Below, one piece after another: positions 1 to 9,057 of a stretch of 64,000 nucleotides of DNA. This DNA comes from Acidobacteriota bacterium (GTDB taxonomy: Bacteria; Acidobacteriota; Terriglobia; Terriglobales; Acidobacteriaceae), in assembly GCA_003225535.1 (NCBI GenBank), contig QIAL01000213.1, forward strand, positions 1,111 through 65,110. Direction: 5' to 3'. The stretch's first letter is position 1; each line of letters opens with the position of its first letter. The translations under genes were made by a program, and so were the position numbers. The notes under the pieces were generated by a model. That model worked only from the letters and a program-made list of their open reading frames with translations. It did not search any database and was not told where the DNA came from.

Positions 1-84
1 GATTCGGTATCCACCAAACTCATCACTTCTCTCTCGTCGTGGGCCGTTGTTTTGGCCTCGAATGAGCATTCGTTTGCCAGCACT

Positions 85-1764
85 TCATGAACAACTAACA
101 GCGTTGTCAGATTGCCCACGCAATGCCCGGTAGCGTCGAATCAGGGTGCTAGTCGAGCTGTCATATTCGAGTCGTGGCTCCTCTGCTGTCTCGATCTGCG
201 GCATGATGCTCAGGGCCAAATCCTTACCCAATTCAACCCCCCATTGATCGAATGGGTTGATGTTCCAAATCACACCCTGGGTGTGAACAATATGTTCGTA
301 CAGGGCAATAAGTTGCCCCAGAGTTTCGGGTGTTAATTGGCGGGCAAGAATTGTGTTGGATGGCCGATTACCATCGAATACTCGATGCGGTACAAGCCAG
401 TCCGGCGTGCCTTCTGCTTTAACCTGCTCGGCGGTCTTACCGAAAGCCAGGGCCGCACTTTGGGCAATAGCGTTGGCCATGAGCATGTCATGATGTTTGC
501 CGATCGGGTGGAGAGAATGTGCGAATGCAATGAAGTCGCAAGGTATGAATCGTGTTCCCTGATGCAATAGTTGGAAGAACGAGTGCTGACCGTTGGTCCC
601 CGCATCACCCCAGCAGACGGGGCTCGTTGGTTGGGTCACCTCCGTTCCGATGAGTGTGACATGCTTCCCATTGCTCTCCATAATTAGTTGCTGCAAATAG
701 GTAGGGAAATGCTCGAGATAATGCTCATAAGGTAGGATTGCAAAGCTCTCGGAGCCGAAGAGGTCATTTTGCCAGATACTCAGAAGACCCATGATCACCG
801 GTAAGTTCCGTTCGAATGGCGTTGTCAGGTAGTGCATGTCCATCTGGTGAAAGCCATCGAGCATCGCGCCAAAATTCTTTGGACCCACTGCAAGCATGGT
901 GGACAATCCCACGGCCGAACAGAGTGAATATCGTCCGCCCACCCAATCCCAAAACTCAAAAGCGTTCGCTGTTTCAATGCCGAACTGCGTGACCCGAGCA
1001 ATATTCGCGGTGACGGCTACAAAGTGTTTGCTGACGGAATCCTCATCTCCTGCCAATCCTGCGACGAGCCATTCGCGAGCCGTCCGGGCATTGGTCATTG
1101 TTTCAAGCGTGTTGAAGGTCTTCGAAGAAACTATGAAAAGCGTTTCGGCAGGGTCAAGATCACGCACCGCCGCCACAAAGTCGGTGCTATCGATGTTCGC
1201 AACGAAGCGAAATGTCAGGGACGGATCCGCATAAGCCCTTAAGGCTTCCGTCGCGAATCTGGGGCCAAGATATGAGCCGCCAATGCCTATGTTTACAATG
1301 TTGCGGATTCGCTTTCCCGTTTGTCCCTTCCACTCTCCGCTTCGCACACGATCGCAGAAATGGCCCATACGGTCGAGCACAGCGTGAACTTGTGGAACAA
1401 CATTCTTGCCATCGACATAGATCGATGTGCCTTTGGGAGCACGAAGTGCAACATGCAATGCCGGCCGCTTTTCTGTGATGTTTACTTTCTCACCTCGGAA
1501 CATGGCATCCATCCGAACCTGCAGTCCGGATTCTTCTGCCAGTGCAATGAGGAGCTTCAGCGTTTGGGATGTGATCCTGTTCTTGGAATAGTCCAAATAC
1601 AGGCCAGCACCTTCAGCGGTCATCCGCTCGCCGCGCACTGGATCGCTCGCGAAGAGTTCACGAAGATGGAGGTCTTTAACTTTCTTATAGTGATTTTGGA
1701 GTGCCTTCCAAGCCGTCTGTTGCGGTGGGGCCGGTCTGTTGACCCTCCATGTGTGGACTGCCAT
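85..1764 (-). CDS. pgi: glucose-6-phosphate isomerase
   Basis: Full-length 559-aa ORF with PGI signature blocks visible ([39 protein letters not shown]). Confidence 0.95.
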   Translation of the reverse strand: MAVHTWRVNRPAPPQQTAWKALQNHYKKVKDLHLRELFASDPVRGERMTAEGAGLYLDYSKNRITSQTLKLLIALAEESGLQVRMDAMFRGEKVNITEKRPALHVALRAPKGTSIYVDGKNVVPQVHAVLDRMGHFCDRVRSGEWKGQTGKRIRNIVNIGIGGSYLGPRFATEALRAYADPSLTFRFVANIDSTDFVAAVRDLDPAETLFIVSSKTFNTLETMTNARTAREWLVAGLAGDEDSVSKHFVAVTANIARVTQFGIETANAFEFWDWVGGRYSLCSAVGLSTMLAVGPKNFGAMLDGFHQMDMHYLTTPFERNLPVIMGLLSIWQNDLFGSESFAILPYEHYLEHFPTYLQQLIMESNGKHVTLIGTEVTQPTSPVCWGDAGTNGQHSFFQLLHQGTRFIPCDFIAFAHSLHPIGKHHDMLMANAIAQSAALAFGKTAEQVKAEGTPDWLVPHRVFDGNRPSNTILARQLTPETLGQLIALYEHIVHTQGVIWNINPFDQWGVELGKDLALSIMPQIETAEEPRLEYDSSTSTLIRRYRALRGQSDNAVSCS

Positions 1765-1853
1765 AGCTTTTCCTTTCGATTGCTGGAGCGAAGCCCTGTT
1801 TTCAATCTGCCGGCCTAAATGCGGCGTCCTTACTCAGCCGTGTTGCCTTGAAT

Positions 1854-2021
1854 TCAAGAACCACCAAAATTCGACGAAGCTCTTTGTTCCGGCATCCTGA
1901 AGACGGGCAACCAGTCCGTCAGATCGATAACATTGCGCCTCTGTAGGCGATCTGACATTGGGACTTCGAATGCCGTCTTTGTGGCGGAGATTTCAAGAGA
2001 GACCATGTTTGCTGTACTCAT
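1854..2021 (-). CDS. hypothetical small protein (55 aa), not in ORF track
   Basis: Hand-translated ATG..TGA ORF (MSTANMVSLEISATKTAFEVPMSDRLQRRNVIDLTDWLPVFRMPEQRASSNFGGS). It sits between the BASS gene and pgi on the same strand. ACGGAG lies about 10 nt upstream of the ATG. No recognisable family. Confidence 0.2.
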   Translation of the reverse strand: MSTANMVSLEISATKTAFEVPMSDRLQRRNVIDLTDWLPVFRMPEQRASSNFGGS

Positions 2022-2073
2022 AGAGCGAAGCTCCGTTTTGAACTACCGGCTCCCAGAGGTGAGATCACCCTCG

Positions 2074-2955
2074 TCATGCAGCCTTCTGTTCCACCAAATG
2101 GATCTTCGGAGTGTAGCGGCCCCATGCTAAGGCGACTAACGCAATCACGACGGTCTGAAAGAGCGCATATGCGGTTGCGGAGGTGATTGCGGCCGTACCA
2201 GGAAAGCTCGCCGTTGCAATAACCAGGCTCACACCGACGTTGCGAACCGATGTCGTCAGGATCATGCTTTTCGCGGTGTCCGCTTGTTCCCGTTTAGTGA
2301 CTAACAGGCCTGCGACTAGAGTTGCGAGTACTAAACAGAGCATGCCGAAGTAGCCTCTGACATGAATGTCCGCCAGGGTCTGAAATTGAACAGTAATGAT
2401 GACGGTCAGCAAAACAAGATTGAGCGAAAGGCTCAAAGCACTCGCCGGCTTCTTTAACCTATCGGCAAGTGCTTCATGACTGTGGCGGATCCAGATGCCG
2501 AGGCACAATGGCAACAACTGTGCCCCGAACAAAGTGCCTATCATTTTGACAACGTTGATGTCTATGGTTGCGTTTCCGGCAATGACTGGAAGCAAGAGAC
2601 CGAGCAACAAGGGTGCAACCACCGCAGATGATGTGGCCAAAACGACCATCAAGCCGACCGAAACAGTGACGTTGCCTTTGGCCATTGCCGTGAACGGAGG
2701 GGCGTAGGGTGCGCCAGGGCACACCGCGGCAACGAGAATTCCGGCCGCGACCATTGGACTAGGGTGAAAGAGCAGCAGCAAGCCAAAGGCTGCCCCGGGT
2801 ACAAGGATGTAGTTCGCCACGAAGGCCCGAGACAGGAGTCCCCACTGGTGGCCGACACTGAGGACATCTGAAGCCTTCACGCCAAGCCCTAGAGTGACCA
2901 TCAATTCGATCAGCGTGACGGCCGCGAGTAGGTTTACGAGTCGGTCGACGGCCAT
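2074..2955 (-). CDS. bile acid:sodium symporter (BASS/SBF) family transporter
   Basis: 293-aa polytopic ORF with an SBF-like block (VAAVCPGAPYAPPFTAMAKGN) and many hydrophobic helices. Confidence 0.8.
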   Translation of the reverse strand: MAVDRLVNLLAAVTLIELMVTLGLGVKASDVLSVGHQWGLLSRAFVANYILVPGAAFGLLLLFHPSPMVAAGILVAAVCPGAPYAPPFTAMAKGNVTVSVGLMVVLATSSAVVAPLLLGLLLPVIAGNATIDINVVKMIGTLFGAQLLPLCLGIWIRHSHEALADRLKKPASALSLSLNLVLLTVIITVQFQTLADIHVRGYFGMLCLVLATLVAGLLVTKREQADTAKSMILTTSVRNVGVSLVIATASFPGTAAITSATAYALFQTVVIALVALAWGRYTPKIHLVEQKAA

Positions 2956-3116
2956 CGTAACTCTCCTACCTTGCAGGGTTTGTTAGGGTTACTGCACTTC
3001 TGCTGACGAGCACAATCCCGTCATGCAGACGTTGTGACCTCAAGCGTGAGACATCAATGACAGGTTAGGAGTAGTTCAATGGAAGGGGCACTGACAGAAG
3101 TGACAGTCGGGAGTGT

Positions 3117-3148
3117 CAGAAAAGCGTGTTGGTGCATAGGCAACACGC
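3117..3148 (-). terminator. rho-independent terminator of the efflux operon
   Basis: On the minus strand: GCGTGTTG-(9 nt loop)-CAACACGC followed by TTTTCT, about 20 nt after the stop at 3170. Confidence 0.6.
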
Positions 3149-3169
3149 AACTTGCAATAGAAGTGGGAG

Positions 3170-3817
3170 TCAGAAACTGAAACCAAGCGAGAGCACGACT
3201 GTAGGGTCCGTCCAACCTGCGTTGAAGATGTATGTAGTGAAATCGAACCTCTTTCGGGAGAAGCCAAGCAGTATGCCGCGCTGTACATCGAGGTTAGTAT
3301 GGTAGGCCTTAGTCCGTTGCGCCACCAGACCAACACGCCACCATTCCATGGGCGAATAGCTCAACTCCATCCAGCTGTAGAAAAAACTTCCCGAATGATC
3401 TCGCAGATCAAAGACAAATTCGCCTTCAGTGGAGAGTTCGACCTGCTTCCAAGTGAGCGATGCCAGGTATCCGGGAGCGATTCCCGCCGTGTTGCCGAGT
3501 ACTCCACCGATCATAGGGGTGATCGACAGCGCAACTGTATCTCCGGCGGTGAAGTTATAGCCCGCCCAGACTGAACCCGTCTCCTTATCCTCGTAGTTGT
3601 AGCGTGCTCCGAAGTGCACATGTTTACGATCCGCGCTAAATGTTGGTGACGTATAGGAGCGGTCGTCGGGGACAATATAGCCGGCGACATTGAAGGAGTA
3701 TGACCATTGATCCGGAACGGCATCGTTTGGAAGGGCCGAGGTCTTCTCAGGCGTGGTTTGGGCGCCAACTGAAGATACCAGCAGGAGGACTATTGCGAGA
3801 ATCGTAGGAGATCGCGT
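3170..3817 (-). CDS. small outer-membrane beta-barrel protein (non-canonical ACG start proposed)
   Basis: The frame is open from the TAA at 3821-3823 down to 3170. A signal-peptide-like segment (RSPTILAIVLLLVSSVGAQTTPEK) lies upstream of the first canonical start (GTG at 3619). It can only be reached from the ACG at 3815-3817, which has GGAGG 7 nt upstream. The sequence shows an alternating beta-strand pattern and ends ...VVLSLGFSF (aromatic terminus). Confidence 0.6.
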   Translation of the reverse strand, partial: TRSPTILAIVLLLVSSVGAQTTPEKTSALPNDAVPDQWSYSFNVAGYIVPDDRSYTSPTFSADRKHVHFGARYNYEDKETGSVWAGYNFTAGDTVALSITPMIGGVLGNTAGIAPGYLASLTWKQVELSTEGEFVFDLRDHSGSFFYSWMELSYSPMEWWRVGLVAQRTKAYHTNLDVQRGILLGFSRKRFDFTTYIFNAGWTDPTVVLSLGFSF

Positions 3818-3820
3818 GGA

Positions 3821-4483
3821 TTATCCTCCCAGGAGAATCGTGGTCCCTACCATTGCGCCACCAAGTAGCACCATGACAACAGCCATTCTCCAAGGGTGGT
3901 GCCCTGCATATTTCCCGAATGCATAGCCTGCCAGGAATAACATGGTCACCGCGATTGCGTTGGAGGTACGCAGTGCCCTGCCCGCACTAGCGATGAAGGC
4001 GAATGGCATTATCACGGGCAAAGTAGCCAGGACGACAATAAGGAAGACTCCGAGTGCGCCGAGCCATTCCCCCTTGCTGAGGCGAGGCTGCTGAGGAATG
4101 TCGCCAACGTGGTTCAGCCGCTCTCGCAAGACTTCGAGGTCCGAACTGGACAATACAGAGACCAATACAGGCGGCAATGCCTGCGCGATAATCTGATGCG
4201 CCTCGGCCGGGCTCGATACCTGGCGTAGTGCGCCCAAAGTTAAGAGTCCGCGTCCACGCTTACTAAAGCAAGCCATCAAATAGAACACCGCATCGATAAT
4301 GCCCCAGGCTAAGTTGCATCCGAGTGCGCCGAGCAGCATCGTGCGCACTTGCTCGCGGCCGGCATCCGCCACGCTGAAGGAACAGGTGAACGTTAAGACC
4401 ATGATCAGCGCGAAGAGGACCTCTGAGATTCTCTCCATCGGATCGAGAAGGCGTTCGCTCGGGTTCGTGAGGCTCTCGATCAT
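3821..4483 (-). CDS. VIT1/CCC1-family (DUF125-like) iron/manganese transporter
   Basis: The ORF track gives 3821..4558. I prefer the ATG at 4483 (MIESLTNPSER...) because AAGGAGG sits upstream and overlaps the OMF stop. The protein has an N-terminal cytosolic helix region plus C-terminal TM helices typical of the VIT family. Confidence 0.7.
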   Translation of the reverse strand: MIESLTNPSERLLDPMERISEVLFALIMVLTFTCSFSVADAGREQVRTMLLGALGCNLAWGIIDAVFYLMACFSKRGRGLLTLGALRQVSSPAEAHQIIAQALPPVLVSVLSSSDLEVLRERLNHVGDIPQQPRLSKGEWLGALGVFLIVVLATLPVIMPFAFIASAGRALRTSNAIAVTMLFLAGYAFGKYAGHHPWRMAVVMVLLGGAMVGTTILLGG

Positions 4484-4499
4484 CTTGCCAAGCGCCTCC

Positions 4500-5891
4500 T
4501 TATTGCTGCCAACCGCCTCCGAGCGCATTGTAGAGTTGCACCAAGGCAAGGCGCTCATTCAGTTGGGCTTGGGCAAGTCCAAGCTGGGCGTCTAAGTAAC
4601 GGCTATCGCTGTCGAGCACTTCAAGATAGCTCGTAACACCACCTCGGTAGCGGCTATCCGCCAGATGGGTGGCATCTCCTGCAGAATTGGTGAGCAACGC
4701 CTCTTGTTCCCTAAACTCGCGATTCTTGCGATAAGCCACCAGCGAATCGGAGACCTCACGAAACGCTTGCTGAATCGATTGCTGATAGATCAGGACGGCT
4801 TCTTGCTGTTGCGCTTCAGTTAGCCGCACACCCGAACGAATTTTTCCAGCGGTGAAGAGTGGCTGTACCAACTGGCCTCCAAAGCTCCACAGGCCAGCCG
4901 GGCCCGTAAAGAGACTCGTGAGGGCTGCGCTCTGAAAACCTGCTAATCCTGTGAGCGTGATCTGTGGAAAGTATGCCGCTTTCGCTACGCCGATGCGCGC
5001 ATTTGCCGCTATTAGCGTTTGTTCCGCCGATTGAATATCGGGACGCCTGCTGAGCAGGGAAGATGGCACTCCCGCGGGAACTTCTGGCGGCACGACATTG
5101 TCAACCAGGGACAGTCCTCGCTTGACCACTCCAGGGTTTCGGCCCAACAGTAAACTGATCAGATTCTCCTGTTGTTCAATCCGTCGCTCCAGATCGGGAA
5201 TCGACGCCGAAGCCGTATAAACGAGTTGCTCGGACTGACGGACGTCCATCATGGACGTTGTACCGCCTTTTTCTCTTATTTCAACGAGGCGTAAGGATTC
5301 CTTTCGAGAGTCCAACGCGCGCCTGGAGATCTCCATCTCGGAATCAAGTTCCAAGAGTTGGAAGTAAGCGGTCGCGACGCTGCTGACGAGGCTTGACACC
5401 ACGGCCTTCTGCCCCCACTCAGTGGCCAGCAATTCGGCGCGGGCTGCTTCTGTAGCACGGCGGAATTTACCCCAGAAATCGAGTTCCCATGCCAATCCCA
5501 GGTTCACCTGCAAGGGACTGGTCTCGAATGCTGGTGTTACCCGTGTCCTCGGAAAGCGTTCGTTCGTGGCAGAAGCACCAGCGGAGATTGTGGGGAACTG
5601 ATCCGCACGCGTGATGCCCAGCGCAGCGTGGGCTTGGAGTACTCGCACTGCAGCGATACGGACGTCGTAATTCTGTGCGAGTGCCTCACGAATGAGTGCT
5701 TGCAACTGCGGATCTTGAAATACTGTCCACCACTTCTCGTCGCCGAGCGATTGATTTGCGGCACCCGCGTCTGCAGCGTATCCGCGGAACGTATCGGGGA
5801 CCGGTGCTGTAGGACGTTTGTACTTGGGCCCGAGAGTGCATCCATTAAGTAAGAGCAGCAGAACGATGGCAATGTGGCCGAGCCTGCTCAT
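4500..5891 (-). CDS. RND efflux outer-membrane factor lipoprotein (NodT family)
   Basis: 463-aa ORF with a lipobox (LLLNGC) followed by TLGPKYKRP, typical of NodT/OprM-type OMFs. Confidence 0.9.
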   Translation of the reverse strand: MSRLGHIAIVLLLLLNGCTLGPKYKRPTAPVPDTFRGYAADAGAANQSLGDEKWWTVFQDPQLQALIREALAQNYDVRIAAVRVLQAHAALGITRADQFPTISAGASATNERFPRTRVTPAFETSPLQVNLGLAWELDFWGKFRRATEAARAELLATEWGQKAVVSSLVSSVATAYFQLLELDSEMEISRRALDSRKESLRLVEIREKGGTTSMMDVRQSEQLVYTASASIPDLERRIEQQENLISLLLGRNPGVVKRGLSLVDNVVPPEVPAGVPSSLLSRRPDIQSAEQTLIAANARIGVAKAAYFPQITLTGLAGFQSAALTSLFTGPAGLWSFGGQLVQPLFTAGKIRSGVRLTEAQQQEAVLIYQQSIQQAFREVSDSLVAYRKNREFREQEALLTNSAGDATHLADSRYRGGVTSYLEVLDSDSRYLDAQLGLAQAQLNERLALVQLYNALGGGWQQ

Positions 5892-5895
5892 ATGG

Positions 5896-8800
5896 TTAGT
5901 CCCCTTCCGTTGGCACGATCACAGGCAGATGCGCCGGTCCCGCGCCCTTTGTTCGATGAGCAATTCGCTCCACAAGCTCGAAGCAGACAGGAATCAGGAA
6001 GATTCCCAGGATCGACGCGGCCAACATGCCTCCGATCACGCATGTTCCCAGCACGCGTCGGGATATAGCACCAGCGCCTGAGGCGGTCCACAATGGCACA
6101 CATCCTAAGATGAAGGCGAAGGCCGTCATCAAAATGGGTCGCAAGCGCAATTTGGCTCCTGTAAGCGCGGCATCTTTGGCGGACATGCCTTTATCGAATT
6201 CCATCTTCGCGAACTCCACGATCAAGATGGCATTTTTGGCTGCCAGGCCAATGAGCATGACGAGCCCGATCTGCGCGTAGACGTTGTTGTCCAGGTTTCG
6301 CATCCACAAAAAACTGAATGCACCGAAGACAGCGATCGGAGTGCCCAGCAAGACGCTAAAAGGCAGAGACCAGCTCTCGTATTGAGCGGCTAGGATGAGG
6401 AAGACGAACAGGAGCGACATGCCGAAGATCACGGCCGGCGCGACTCCTTCCGCCGCCTTCTTCTCCTGGTACGACATGCCCATGTAGTCATAGCCCATCT
6501 CGGGCGGCATGGTGGCGGCGAAGACCTCTTCCAGCGCTTTCATAGCTTGGCCAGAGCTGTAGCCCGGAGCCGCGCCTCCGTTGATCTGCGCACAGCGGTA
6601 GAGGTTGTATCGTAGAGTGAATTCGGGTCCAGTGCTAGGCTTGATCCTGGTCAGCGCACTCATGGGGACCGGCTGCCCTGCGTCATTTGTAACGTAGAAC
6701 TGACCCACATTCTCGGCCTTGGTTCGAAAATCACCTTCCGCCTGGACGTAGACTTGCCACTGACGGCCGAAACTGTTGAAGTAATTCACCAGCAAGCCGC
6801 CCATGAACGTCTGCATCGTCTTGTAGACATCGGAGAGCTGTACACCTTGTGAAATTGCTTTTGCACGGTCCACATCGACGTAAACCTGGGGCACCACGGG
6901 AAGCGCGGTCGAGTAGATAGAGGCCAACTCAGGGCGCTTGCGAGCTGCCGCCAGGAACTTCCCCAGGTTTTCACTAAGAAATTGCGGGTCCTTGCCCGCC
7001 CGGTCTTCCAACATGAACGTGAAGCCGCCGGAAGCGCCGACGCCCGGAATTGCGGGCGGCGGAAAAGAGAAGCCAAGGCCTTCAGTGAATTGCGAAAGCT
7101 CCCGATTCAAGTGGGTTTTGATAGCCTCATACTGTTCCTCGGGTGCTTTGCGCTCCGCCCACTCTTTCAGAGTGATCCAGTAAAAGGAACTGTAGGTGTT
7201 CTGGGCTCCGCTCAACATGCTGAAGCCCAGCACTGCTGTTACCGAGTCAACGCCTGGCGTCTTTAAGATCATTTCCTCGATCTTGCGTGAAACGTCATCA
7301 TTTCGTTGGAGGGAAGCAGCATTGGGCAGTTGCAGGCCAGCGAATACATATCCCTGGTCTTCGTCGGGCAGGAAGCTATTGGGCAAGCGCGATCCGAACC
7401 ATCCTGCCAGTACTGCAACACCCAACAATAGGACCATGCTCATCCCGGCCCTCCGAATCAGCATTCCGCAAGTGCTGACGTATCGATCTGTCGCCCTTCC
7501 AAACGCCCTATTGAACCAGCGGAAGAATGCTCCTAACGGGCCGCGGCTTTCTTTCCGTGGACGAAGCAGCAAAGCTGAAAGCGCGGGGCTCAGTGAAAGC
7601 GCGTTGAATGCAGAGAAGATCACCGATATTGCGATCGTGATTGCAAACTGCTGATACAGACGGCCCGTAATGCCTGGAATAAAAGCCGTGGGGATAAATA
7701 CTGCCGCCAAAATCAGCGCGATTGCGATTACTGGACCCGACACCTCTTCCATAGCCTTGAAGGCTGCATCTTTAGGAGTCATGCCATGCTCAATGTGATG
7801 TTCCACAGCTTCCACCACAACGATGGCATCATCAACAACCAGGCCGATCGCAAGCACTAGTCCGAAGAGAGAGAGAGTATTGATCGAAAAACCGAGAAGG
7901 GGAAATACGACGAAGGTACCGACTAGCGATACAGGAACTGCGAGAAGAGGTATAAGCGTTGCTCGCCAGCCTTGGAGAAAAATGTAGACAACGAGTATTA
8001 CAAGAATGATGGCTTCGAACAGCGTGTGCTTAATCTCGTTCAAGCCTTCCGTGACAGCCAAGGTGGTGTCCAGCGCAACGGAATACTCCAGATCTTGAGG
8101 GAAGCGCTGCTTGGCCTCCAGCATCAACTTGCGGACACCCGCAGCGGACTGCACAGCATTCGATCCGGGAAGTTGATAAATGGCGACGACCGCGGCGGGT
8201 TTTCCGCTGTAACGTCCAACCAAGTTGTACGTTTGCGCCCCGAGGTCCAGACGAGCCACATCTTTCAACCTCAGCATCGAACCATCAGGGTTGGCACGAA
8301 TGACAATCTGACCGAACTCCTCGGCGGATGGCAGACGACCCTGAGCCCGAACGGCATAGGTGAACTCCTGCCCTTTCGGAACCGGTTCGCCGCCGATTTG
8401 TCCGGCTGGGTTTACTGTGTTTTGGGCCTGGATCACTTTTACGATTTCGGGGACCGTAACTCCCAACTTTGCCAGTTTGTCTGGGCGAACCCAGCAGCGC
8501 ATTGCGTACTGACCGGCGCCGAAGACCGTCACGCTCGCGATGCCCGGCACGCGGGTCAACTGGTCATTCAGGTTGATATATGCGTAATTGGCCAAAAATA
8601 TGTTGTCGTACGTTCCTTTTGGCGAGTAGAGATCAACGATCATCAAGGGCGCAGATGTGGATTTCTGTACCGTGACGCCGTAGTTGACAACGTCCGCAGG
8701 CAGTTGCGAGTTGGCCTGATTGGTGCGCATCTGAGCGAGAATCTGGTCCGTGCTTGGATCGGTCTTGATATCGAAATTAACGGTCAGGGTGATCTGGCCG

Positions 8801-9054
8801 TTGTTGGCGTTGTTCGAGTACATGTAGTTCATGTTGTCAACGCCGCTCATCTGCTGTTCGATAGGCGTTGCGACGGACTGCTCGACAGTGACCGCATCGG
8901 CGCCGGGATAAGTGGCTTTGACCTGAACTTCAGGAGGTGCAATGTTAGGAAACTGCGCAGTGGGCAGCCGTCGCATTGCAACGATGCCGATGAGGACCAT
9001 GAGAATCGCTATCACCATGGCGACGATCGGACGGCGGATGAAGAAACTTGCCAT
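5896..9054 (-). CDS. RND multidrug efflux permease (HAE1, AcrB/MexB-like)
   Basis: 1052-aa ORF with an AcrB-like N-terminus (FFIRRPIVAMVIAILMVLIGI), 12-TM architecture and two large periplasmic loops. Confidence 0.95.
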   Translation of the reverse strand: MASFFIRRPIVAMVIAILMVLIGIVAMRRLPTAQFPNIAPPEVQVKATYPGADAVTVEQSVATPIEQQMSGVDNMNYMYSNNANNGQITLTVNFDIKTDPSTDQILAQMRTNQANSQLPADVVNYGVTVQKSTSAPLMIVDLYSPKGTYDNIFLANYAYINLNDQLTRVPGIASVTVFGAGQYAMRCWVRPDKLAKLGVTVPEIVKVIQAQNTVNPAGQIGGEPVPKGQEFTYAVRAQGRLPSAEEFGQIVIRANPDGSMLRLKDVARLDLGAQTYNLVGRYSGKPAAVVAIYQLPGSNAVQSAAGVRKLMLEAKQRFPQDLEYSVALDTTLAVTEGLNEIKHTLFEAIILVILVVYIFLQGWRATLIPLLAVPVSLVGTFVVFPLLGFSINTLSLFGLVLAIGLVVDDAIVVVEAVEHHIEHGMTPKDAAFKAMEEVSGPVIAIALILAAVFIPTAFIPGITGRLYQQFAITIAISVIFSAFNALSLSPALSALLLRPRKESRGPLGAFFRWFNRAFGRATDRYVSTCGMLIRRAGMSMVLLLGVAVLAGWFGSRLPNSFLPDEDQGYVFAGLQLPNAASLQRNDDVSRKIEEMILKTPGVDSVTAVLGFSMLSGAQNTYSSFYWITLKEWAERKAPEEQYEAIKTHLNRELSQFTEGLGFSFPPPAIPGVGASGGFTFMLEDRAGKDPQFLSENLGKFLAAARKRPELASIYSTALPVVPQVYVDVDRAKAISQGVQLSDVYKTMQTFMGGLLVNYFNSFGRQWQVYVQAEGDFRTKAENVGQFYVTNDAGQPVPMSALTRIKPSTGPEFTLRYNLYRCAQINGGAAPGYSSGQAMKALEEVFAATMPPEMGYDYMGMSYQEKKAAEGVAPAVIFGMSLLFVFLILAAQYESWSLPFSVLLGTPIAVFGAFSFLWMRNLDNNVYAQIGLVMLIGLAAKNAILIVEFAKMEFDKGMSAKDAALTGAKLRLRPILMTAFAFILGCVPLWTASGAGAISRRVLGTCVIGGMLAASILGIFLIPVCFELVERIAHRTKGAGPAHLPVIVPTEGD

Positions 9055-9057
9055 GGC

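Noticed and set aside
3818-3823. Stop-codon read-through fusing the VIT transporter to the downstream barrel (same frame, single TAA)
   Set aside because: A fusion of an inner-membrane transporter to a signal-peptide-bearing OM barrel makes no topological sense. The correctly spaced SD favours independent initiation.
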